Origin: Utricularia gibba
Lineage: Eukaryota; Plantae; Magnoliophyta
Length of the DNA stretch: 64,000 bases
Direction of reading: 5' to 3'
NCBI GenBank assembly: GCA_002189035.1
Contig: NEEC01000004.1
Location: 2,666,001 to 2,730,000, forward strand
The notes below the pieces were generated by a model. It did not search any database. It had not been told where the DNA came from and saw only the letters and a program-made list of their open reading frames with translations. Shown one piece after another: positions 26,016 to 36,500 of this stretch (position 1 is the stretch's first letter; each line of letters starts with the position of its first letter). Both the position numbers and the translations under genes were made by a program.

Positions 26016-26901
26016 CTAAAGTAATGCCATATGAAAAAGCATACTAATGTCACAAAAACAACACAAAACAACACTAGAAGCGCTGAAGTCTGTCTTCAAG
26101 TTCTTCCAATAAGTGTTGTTCTCAGTGATCTCTTTCATTGATTTAGCAATTATGTCTCTATTGGTAGAACAATGACCTTTGCATTTTTTTGACGAAGAAT
26201 TTTCACCCTCATTCAATACCGGAATTGAACCTTGTCCAAGAGGAGGTGTACCAAGGTCATCAATAGGAGTGAAATCCCAAATCAAACTTGTGTCATCAAT
26301 CGGTTGGAAATCATGATTTTCATCGAAGTTTTGAGGAAGAATACCAAAATTTGGTGTATAACTATGCTCCCCATATGCAATGATATCATCAAAAAGTTTT
26401 TCTTAAATCTCAAGGTGTGGTGGTAGTCCATCACGGTATTTCTTTGCATCTAGATTCTCCTAAACACAGAAAAAAACATCAAATAATGAATGAATCCAAA
26501 TAATGAAGTATACACCAATAAGTATTAGCATATAAATATAATCGTAGAATATACCGCAATTCTTTCATTCCACCAATCTTTTTAGCCAAGATTGTATTTT
26601 TTTCACGACCCCAACCAATACCTATCCAATTCTTTAGTCGATTCCATAATGTCCATAAACTTCGCAGTTCTATCCATTTGTTCTTTATTTTCTTCATTGT
26701 GTACTCATCACTTGTCTTATCATTCAGATTTTTCAATATATTATTCCATCCTTGCTTGTTAAAAGAAGTTGGTATGTTTTTTGCCTCAGTTTCAATTAAA
26801 CAAATCTTCAAAAACAAGAGAATTTGTCTAGATATCTTGTCCCATTTTGCACTTGGTTTCTTGATGGGTAATTTCACTCTACCAATAGAATTATCCATCA
26901 A
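26016..26901 (-). pseudogene. Harbinger ORF1, Myb/SANT-like DNA-binding protein
   Basis: AKWDK..FLKICL..FNKQGWNNI..KIKNKWIELRSLWTLW..GIGWGREKNTILA, then DWWNERIA after restoring one A at 26579-26583. An intron follows, then exon 2 ENLDAKKYRDG..LFDDI with one TAA. Confidence 0.85.
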
Positions 26902-27134
26902 AATTAGTAGTTAGTGTGAATTTGGTTTATGTACTTGTCAAGTAAGATTGAATAAATATAAATTGCTATAATTCAAATATGGAGTAATCAAAATGCATTT
27001 ATAATTCATTTAAAGTTAACAAACAAGAATAAAATGGAACTAAAATAAACTACAATATGCAATTAATTGTGATGTTGTGCACGTAGGTCTTGATCAATAA
27101 AGTGAAGAATAAAGTGACCACATTCTTTAACTCG

Positions 27135-27413
27135 TTAGGAATTCTCTCAAAGTACATTTCGCCATCTCCATATCCCTATTTTTAGCATACTTGTTGATCA
27201 TCTTGTTCCAAGTGATGGATGTCCTTTTGGGCATTCTTTGAAACAAATCCCATGCAAGACACATATTTCCTTCCTCCATGTATCCCCTAATTATGGCATT
27301 CCAAGTTACCCCATTCCTTTGAAGCATAACGTCAAACATCTTCCTCAAGCTCACAACATCCCACATTTACCGTAGATATCGACCAAATAAGTACCTACTA
27401 TTACATGACTTCC
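27135..27413 (-). pseudogene. PLS-class PPR gene fragment (about 2.5 motifs) inside the Harbinger
   Basis: HVIVGTYLVDIYGKCG[D]VVSLRKMFDVMLQRNGVTWNAIIRGYMEEGNMCLAWDLFQRMPKRTSITWNKMINKYAKNRDMEMAK, a canonical PPR repeat pattern. Confidence 0.85.
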
Positions 27414-28348
27414 TCACACTATTTAGCAACTCATTCATATTTCAGATATGAAAAGTAGAGAAAACTCATAGATTGAAATCAGGCATTATGTATTTAGACT
27501 TATGAAGGACTGAAAAATATAGGGGAAAAATTACTAATCGCTTAGAAACTAGTAGGAGCACTAATTTCGTGCTGAAACTTCAACCGTCCATGAAATTCGA
27601 AGATGAATGCTGCACTTCCTAGGGTTTGTTGTTGGAATCCCCTTCCATTCGTTATCGGTTTTAGAAGGGTATTCTAGTAAATGCAATGTAAGAAGTAAAA
27701 TTTAAGAGAAGTAGCCCATGTGTTACTTCTCATTTATTAAAGAAAGAAGGAGTAGTAGAATTAGATTGTGTGGAGAGAAGATAAGTAGAATGAAGGGTTG
27801 TTCTGTGAATAAGTTTAATTCTATTTTTTTTTTTTAAAAGTAGAATTTATATGATCAAAATTTGTGCCAAACATGCACAAAATGATGAGTGAATTTTTAT
27901 GTAAAAAATAAACAAAAAAATGAAGTTAAATACTAAATTACAAAGTTGGTTATTATTTGAAATTATCTAATTTGCCTTGCCAAATTCTACAAATTATTTT
28001 CCAGAAATCTCTCAGGCGGTCAAATTAGGGAAGTTATTTCCGGCTTTTCAGTGTTGTCCAATATTTTGTATTTTTTTCAATATGAAGCACTCTATTGTCT
28101 TGTAATATGGAGTCCAAGTTGCCGGTTCGATTTCTTGCGGTTTTCATTGCCTTCATGCGTCGGTTTACGTTGTTTTTTTTACTTTCATAGTTTTCATGCT
28201 TAAAAAAATGCTCTTCACTTCCCATCTACCCTGCCTGATAAGAGTTGATTGAATTCAAGACAATGACTTTTTAAAAGAGACACTGGAAACAAATGATCAA
28301 CGAGAAGCCAGCAAGATTCATATAACCATGGAATTATCAGCAAGATCT

Positions 28349-29364
28349 TCAGAACAATTCAGACAGCCCGCAGCATCTCTTCCAGGATGCTTTTGGAGTC
28401 ATCATCAATGTCTGCTGGAACATGAAAACATTGGTGAGTTCAATTATCCGAGAGCTGACAAGCTGATGATAAGGTGTTATAAGATGCTGCAACACCTGTG
28501 AGACTTCTTGTTCTGCTTCGTGAACAGGATTTACTGAACATGCAGTTGCATTTTTCACACTGAGCACTGTTATTTCATCTCTTCCCTGATCTTTTAATGT
28601 TACATCTTCGTTGTGTAATGCATCCTGCACCTTGGTTCTGGAGTTGGACAAAGCCATGGCATCAGCTGCTTCCGCTGTGCCATCAGCTTTTTGTTTTCTT
28701 GTATGAGGCTTGTGAACAGGTTCATGAGAAACCTTCTTAGAGTCAGCTGGTGGTTGAATTGAACCAATAGCAGCAGCTACATCATCTGATGACTCTTTAC
28801 ACAAAGAGTCAAAAAATGTGTTTTCAACGGTGGTATTATGCATCCGCGATTTGCCCATTTTCCCAATCTGCTTATTTTCCTCCCTTAAGCTGCTTTTTAG
28901 GCCTAATCCTTCCATACTAGTCTGGCTTCTCCCTGGAAGTGTCTCCTGAAGCGTCGGCCAGAAATGGGTATCACCAAAAGCAGAGCTTTCAGATCCCTAG
29001 TGCCCATCTTCGTGTTTCCTCCCAAAGCCCCTCCATTGTTACAACCTTCAAACTCATAATAATACCCTTCCTTCTGTAAGATCTCCTGATGGTTGTGATC
29101 ACCATTGTTCTCTTGTTTCAGAATCTGCTCTTGTCCCCCAGCTTCGCCTTTACTTTTCGCTAAACACAGAATGCAATGCAATAACAGCTATGTGAAAAAA
29201 GACACGTTATTACAGAGTGTGCGTTCTTTCAGGAAGAGCAGTGCACCTTTTGAGGATGTTGAAGCAGAGTTGTCGTGCTTTCCCATGTTTTTATTCGCAG
29301 AAGCCTGCCCTTTTTCTTTACACTTGTTACGTCTTCTCCGACGAGCGTCACGTGATCTACCCAT
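28349..29364 (-). CDS. Uncharacterised, probably disordered protein (spliced model)
   Basis: ATG at 29364 gives MGRSRDARRRRRNKCKEK. Putative GT-AG intron 29246-29160. The frame continues KSKGEAGGQEQ..TRDLK, and adding one A at 28987-28989 joins it to SSAFGDTHFWPTLQ and the 188-aa ORF 28349-28915. The last exon is ambiguous. No family recognised. Confidence 0.5.
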
Positions 29365-30403
29365 AAATAATGGCAAAAGGCTTCCAATATATATAAGAGC
29401 GGGCAACAGCAACAGCAACAGCAGGTGAAGAAGCATATGCAGAATTGAATGCTCAGGCGATCCCAAGGGTCAAAAAGATTTGAAGCGGCACCCAATAAGT
29501 ACACTATACATTGAACGCTTTCAAGGTCCTCTGAATTCTGTTAAGCATGTTTGTTTTCTATGAGGAATATTATGGGACATTGTTCACCATGTCCACCATT
29601 GAAAAGAATTCTATAAAATGGAAATTAACTTTCTTTTTCCCTCGCAATTTTCAACAAGTGAGGTTGATGGTCAGTCGTCTTCTCTACTTGGAAAAACAAC
29701 ATCCTGTATTTTTAAATGGTTACTTGTTCTTTTCAGGTTGTTTGTATGTTCCGGACACATGAAACCACCTTCTGCTGCTCATTTCTTCATATGATCGATG
29801 TCCACTTAGTTCACTTTGGGGACCTTTGTATTCATGTGCTCTCTCAAACGTGGCACCTGAAGGTAGTCTTTTTTTTTATATCGACAGAGGGTTGTCGTGC
29901 TCGGTGCTCCTTTGAGAGGGAGCAGCCGCAACTCCACGAGAAGGCAAAAAAAACCATATAGCGACCTGTCTGCCGCACTCTTCTACTGCTATACACCTGT
30001 TTCAAATGCAGCAGCGCTGCTGAAGACATGGATTTGAGCAAGTTTGCCTGCACGCTAAATAAATAACCTGACGAGGCTGAAACTAGTTCCATTCATCGCA
30101 CTTTGGTTTGAAAACGAACAAGGCAATGCTTGATTTTCTATGTTTATCATTTAAAATGCTGACATGCAATCTTCATATGCCTAGCCACTCACATGAACAA
30201 AACATCCAAAACACTTGCCTTGCAAAACCAGGAATACATCATACATAACAAGGCTATCAAAAACTCCTTTTACTAACGAACGTAAATGTAATTCGTTCGT
30301 TCGGTAAACTTGTAAACTTAACACGACCCAGGCACAGTGAAAACGGAGCAAAAAAATGTGAAAAAGTAGAATAAAATTAATGTACAGAAGAAGAATAGAA
30401 ATG

Positions 30404-33015
30404 CTAGTAATTCAAAAGAGAATACTTCACCCGGACGACTATTCTCCCTTTATCCACACCAAGCTTGGCTCCGGTCACCAGCCAATGACCAGGAACATCC
30501 TGTGGCCCCTTCAACATCTCTGTAGTGTCCACTATTCTTGCGAGCTTACTAGATCCATCACCTCTTTGTGAGGTTGATGATGATGATGACCCATCGCTGT
30601 TATATAGATTTGATGGCTATGATCCCACACTGATCTCCTTATGGTGCATCCTGGTACCTTGGAAAAGAGGAGTTTGAGGTGCAGGACGCTTTGGCACCAA
30701 AATCCCAGACACCAAGCTGAGCTCCGGTAACGATGTGGACACCAGATAGATCACCGATGCAGGTATCAGTGAACTCTATAGGGGAAGTGCTCACGTGAGA
30801 GAAATTCTTCCATTTTATTGGCTCAAACCACCGGCTGTCCTGCTCCTCTGGCCCTTGCCACCGTGGTGGCCCAATTGCCATGTGCGCGTCCCAGTGTGGC
30901 TGGAGTATCTTTGGCAGGGAAATCAAATGTTGCAGGTTGATGGTTAAGCGATTTTGTTTGCTACCTTCCAGGCTGAGTTTCAGTCCTGTTACTGGCTTCC
31001 TCCCCACCGTAACCTGCAAAGGGCCAATCAACTTGGAGTTTCAAATGGATTGTTTCTTGACAAAGTCGATAGCCTCTTTTTAAATCACAACATTACATAA
31101 CTGTTGAAAAATGCAGCGGTTACATACCTGATCTGGGCTGACATAGAGCTTGGGACCTATTAAACTGAACTGAAGAGCTGGGCAGACGGGTTCTTTCCGT
31201 TGGAGATTGTTCATCTCCGGTGCCCAAACTTTGGTATTTGGAAATCAAAGAAGTACTGCAAATCCTCAATTGGTGGTTTGTCTGAAGAAGATAAGAAATT
31301 TGTGTAGCAGATCAGTAATGATCACACAAAATCACAACAAAGGAATTGGACAAGTTCTTACATTCTAAGTATAAATCAATGGCACGAGCTAAATGCTTGA
31401 TTCCTGCAACTCCATCAAGTAAAGACACAATTGGTACAAAAGTCATGTTGATTACATCTGGTGCTGCTTCCACTGTTTGCGCCCATTTATCATAGCTCTG
31501 CTCAAGGTCATCTCCACCTCTTCTTCGGAAAATGACTGTAACATCCTGTGAGTATGGTTTATGAGGCATGGCATACAAAATTTGTTTTCTTATTGCGTCT
31601 ATAAGAAACACATTAGAATCAGCAGGCTTCGACAAGAGGGGTTTAATGACATTTTGCCTAGCTATTCGAACCTCATACTCCTCTCGAATTTGCTTAGAAA
31701 AAAAACTCATGCCATTTCCAGAGACTCGTGTGCGTCAGAAGCATATACTTTACTCACCTTGTCCTTGTATTTCAAGGCCCCAGAACTTTTCGAATCTGAA
31801 AACCTCTGATCTCCAATGTCTGTCACGTAGCTTTTGATCTCTGATATTGACAGAGGGGATGATTGGTGCTGCCGAATGTACACTGCATCCCTTCCACCAA
31901 TCGTTGCAGAAGTAACAATATGGGTGCCATAGTTTTCAATAAAGCTGAGGACGAAGAATCCACTTTTTCTTAGTTCGGATTAAATTTGAATCTTTTGAGA
32001 TGTCTTCGTAGGAATGAACAACAAGGCATATACAAGCATCAACAGATATGCCAACAAGGCAAATTATAAAGGATGACCTACCTTGCTAAGGATGCAGGAT
32101 TCCAAGTATAAGGAACGGCACGTCTCACTTCATCCTGCAAGACACGAATTGGCTTTGCTATATGAACACTGAATAATGGGATAACACGTCCCACCATTGC
32201 AAGCGATTTTGTAGCTGCTGCATCTATTTGCCATGAGCCGCTGAAGTTAAACATCGCATTGAAACTTCCAAGCGGTATGTCGCTTTGTATGTCAGATTTT
32301 TCATTGAAATATTTCGCCATCTAAAAAAAACAGATTACCAAGCATTAAATCTCTCCTTCAAAAAAAAAAAAAAAACAAACAAAAAATAGCCATGATTCAG
32401 ACTGCAATGGGTTCTATACGGAAAAAAAAACAAAATTCATCAAGTAGCGACATTTCACATCCGTGTGCTGAGAAACCAGATAGATAAAAAAAAAAAAAAA
32501 GTTCCTATGTACCTCAATATCCAGCACCCGAATCTACATTCAAAGATTAGCGCTAACCATAATCAAGCTCAACGACAACCCACTTTTCTTTGTGTAGAAC
32601 AAAAGGAATCCAGGCATTATTAAACACACGATGTAATTTTCATCTACTTCAATCACCTTCAGAAAGAGGAATATAACCAATACAATCAATCATGAACAAA
32701 AGAAATGATTAGAATGGAAACCTCGGCGAAACTGGAAATTGCCGTTTTCTCCATAAAGCTCTCCCCGACGGTGAAGTCAATATCACAAGAAACATTGGGG
32801 ATGACACAAGATTCAGATATTCTAAGATCCGCAGTCCGGGTGTGATCGATATCTACCAATCGAGAGCCAGGAGTGCCCTTGCAATACAAAAGCCGGATAT
32901 CAGAAGTGACATCGAATCCGCGACCCAGAGCTTGAATTGAATTGCTGAGCGTGGTAACCAGAGCATTTTCTAAAGAAAACCCGCTCGAAAAATCTCGCCC
33001 AGTAGCCGAATCCAT
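30404..33015 (-). CDS. CAD1: MACPF-domain protein CONSTITUTIVELY ACTIVATED CELL DEATH 1 homologue, 6 exons
   Basis: Exons 33015-32722, 32320-32082, 31944-31758, 31545-31362, 31281-31128 and 31013-30404, all GT-AG. Motifs IQALGRGFDVTSDIRLLYCKG, FIENYGTHIV, FRRRGGDDLEQS, WQGPEEQDSRWFEPIKWKNFSHVST and GHWLVTGAKLGV..VKYSLLNY*. Two 1-base deletions in A-runs (31230-31232, 30690-30692). Confidence 0.93.
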
Positions 33016-33581
33016 GCAAGTTCCACGATTCAGATACAAACCATCCCCACAATTTGCTCTTCCAATTTGAACCAAAAGGAAGCAAACAGATGAGGCAACT
33101 TGTTGAGGAGCTCGATTTGGGGGAGCAAGAAGCGAGAAGAGTCAAAAGAGGTGGAGTCGGGATTGCTAAAAATCAAATTTTTAAATGTGGGGGTTTGACC
33201 GAGTGCAGCAATAATGGCAGGAACGCGTTGTCCGCCAGGATGGGAGTTGAGTCGAGATGACATCCATCTCGTTGTCGTCTGAACTTTCAACCCTCTCCCT
33301 CAGTCAAAGTTTGAAAGATACACAGCAGGAGCAGCACCAGACAGGGCCGGCGAGGCATACCCCACCCCACCCCTCGCTCCCCGTATTTACCTACTTCATG
33401 TAAATTCGTATTTAATTTGAGACATCTGGAGCTGTGAGAAAACAATGCAATGCGCCACTAAAAATAACGCGCTGCGCTGCTCTTTCTACTTATCATTTGA
33501 CAGCAACCAATTTAGTCTCCTAAAAGAATGTAGCCAACTGCAACAAAAATATAAGCTACTATACTGCAAACACATGACGCC

Positions 33582-36500
33582 TCAACGATCCTGATGATGC
33601 AACATAAATGACGTGCTTGTAGTGATCTGATTAGAACCTGAAGATGCAGGAGAAGCTGAATAATCTGCTTCCATGGTAGAGTTCTGACTTTGAATGGGGA
33701 GGTGGGTGGTTACTTCCTTTCCTCGTTGGAAATCTTTCAAAGCTTTGAACCTTACATCCCCCGAATTTTCGATTGGAACTATAACCGGAGTTTCCATTGT
33801 CCCTTCAAACATTTTAACGACCTCGGACATGGTTGGCCGGACGGAGGGGTTGGCATTCGTGCACAGCCGGGCTACTTTCACCACTCTCTCAGCTTCATCC
33901 ATGTTGACTTGAGAACCCAATCTCTTGTCCAAGAGTTCATCCATCTTTTTGTTTTCGTGCAAGTCACTGGCCTGTGATTCAGCATAGATATTTGTAACTG
34001 GCATGCAATCAGAAACAGTTGTAAATAAAAGTTGGGTGCAGTAAGTTTCGTACCCAATCTAGAAGGCAGATGAAGGTGTGGCTTGGTAGGTAGCTGTTCC
34101 TTTTGCCACTAACAAGTTCCAAAACCACAATTCCGAAGCTGTAAACATCGGCCTTGTCGGTAAGGTAACCCCACAATGCATACTCGGGCGCCATATACCC
34201 TCTGTAACAAAGAAGAACCTACTTATAAGTGAAGGAGCTTAGTTTCACCTAGAAGGAGCCACAAGAACTCACATTGTCCCAGCGACTTTGGTGCTTATAT
34301 GTGTCTGCTCGCTTTCATTTAGCCTTGCTAATCCAAAGTCAGATATTTTGGGGTTGAGATGCTTGTCAAGAAGTACGTTAGTCGCTTTAATGTCACGATG
34401 AACAATCCTCATTTTTGACTCCTCATGCAGGAAGGCTAGTCCTCTTGCAATGCCAAGACAAATGTTGAACCTAGTTGGCCAGTCTAGGATCAACTGGCTG
34501 CCATTGGTGCCTGTAGAGTGAAAGCAGCATCTATTTATTTCTGGGAGTACATCTAATATTTCATAGTAAACATGTTTGGAATCAAAAGCAAAATGTACCG
34601 AAGAGAGCATGAGCAAGGTTGTTATTTTCCATATACTCGTAGACAACTAGCAACTCATCTCCTTCGATGCAGCAGCCGTAAAGCTTCACAAGATTCGGGT
34701 GCTGCAAGCAAGATATCATGAAAATCTCATTCATGAATTCCCGGCTGCCTTGCTTTGACAGAGAAGAAAGCTTCTTCACAGCAATCATAGTCCCATCTGT
34801 TAACGTTCCCTGCAGCAACAGCTTGTGCATTAGCGTACAGATAAGAAACAACAGCTGTTTTCATCCAATAATCGCACCTTGAACACAGGGCCAAAGCCAC
34901 CTTCTCCAAGCTTGTTTGTTGTGTCGAAGTCGTTTGTTGCGGCTCGAATTTGTTTCAGAGAAAATGCAATTGTTTGCAGCTCTAGACCTTCTAAGCCTGT
35001 CATTCCATGTAGAAATCAGCAAAAAGAAGAAACAGTTAACATTTTGCCTCCTACTTATTTGAATGAATCTCACTACAAAACCTTTTCGCATTTTTCTCTG
35101 TCTTGTGAACCAGCATTTCCACCAAACAATGACCAACACAAGAATAACAGGGGCTGCCAAAGCGACAGGCAAAATAATAGCATTAGCATTTTTCTTCCTG
35201 CCTTTCGCACAAACTCCGAAACCTGAATTAAAGAAAAAAGTCATGAAGAGACAACACGAAGTTTATTGAGATTATCACAACAGAAGAAATAGGGACTCAC
35301 TTGGAACAACTGATATAGCCGATATGAGGGAACCATAGTCTCCTCTGTTAGGGATTCTCATGGTACCTTTACTGGCCCAGTAGAATCTAATTACCAGAGT
35401 GTTGTCCGTAACTGTGACGTTGAAATATTTAGCAACAGGCCTTTGAGGTCCCCAGCCTCGTCTTCAATGTCAAAGTTCTCAAAAACTAACGTCTCCTGAT
35501 TCAAAAAAGAATAGAATGAGTAGTGAAGCTTTTTGGCACACTGGATCCCCATTAATCACAGTAAAAAAACCTGAATATATATATCAAATTTCCGCCTTCC
35601 CAGAGAGTTATACGCACTGTCATTTGTGAAGAGTACTTCAGCAAAGTGCAGGCCAACATTGTAATCCCCATTCCTCAAACAGTAATGGAAGTACGAAAGT
35701 GAAAGAGGGCTAAGACGTGCTGAGCTGTATAGCGTAGAGAGGTCATTGGTTGAAGGAATACTGATGGAACGTGAGTCCCTGTAATTAGTAGGTTGAGTGA
35801 AGAAGTAGCCTGTGCTGACAAAGCCCCAATGGTTGTTGCTCAAATATCGTGCATTATCTCCACGGGAATCTCCTTCATATAAGAACCTGCCACCACTTTC
35901 CTCATTTATAAAGTCGTCCCCACCGCAGTTTATGTGCAAGGAACACTTATCTGTAAAATATTGAAAAATGATGCAATATGAAATCATTAGCCATCATCAA
36001 GCAGCTTTACGTGGCAAATGTAGGGGAAAAGATCACGCATAGTCATGGATGAAAATTGTGCCAATATGAGATTCTCTTTTATAGGAAAATCAAGTACTAT
36101 TGGCTAAAGTTAAAGGAAAGGAGGTATAGAATACTCACAATCTGGGCAGACTGAAAATCTGCTACATGGATTGATCCTTTGCCTGCCAAAGAGGAAAAAG
36201 CCTTGGAGTTGAGTGTTCACTCTTATAGAGAGTGAATTTAGATTAGTGAAGAAGGCTTCACATTCTTCACAAATTGTCAGAGTACGAGTTGAAAAAAGGC
36301 ACTAAGTTCTTACAAGGCATTTGTCGTTGATGAACCTTTGAGCATGTTTACCACTCTATTCCTGGAATGCCAATAAATGCAGGAAACGACACTTGAGGAA
36401 CTAAAAACAGAAAAGAGAAGCCACATGGTTGTAAAAAGATCGTTGCTTTTCTTACATGTTTTGCTGGCAAGCAGGGTCACGAGGTCCTTCTATAGTAAAA

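Larger units (their letters stand above)
24086..27878 (-). mobile_element. PIF/Harbinger element with both ORFs (Myb/SANT ORF1 and DDE transposase)
   Basis: TAA then AGGGCTTGTTCTG at the left end and CCAAACATGCAC at the right end (imperfect TIR pair). Both hallmark ORFs lie on the minus strand. Confidence 0.85.

Noticed and set aside
29229-29504. CYSTM/WIH-type cysteine-rich membrane peptide
   Set aside because: The poly-Cys comes from a hexamer repeat, is not C-terminal, and lacks the Pro/Gln-rich N-terminus of that family.
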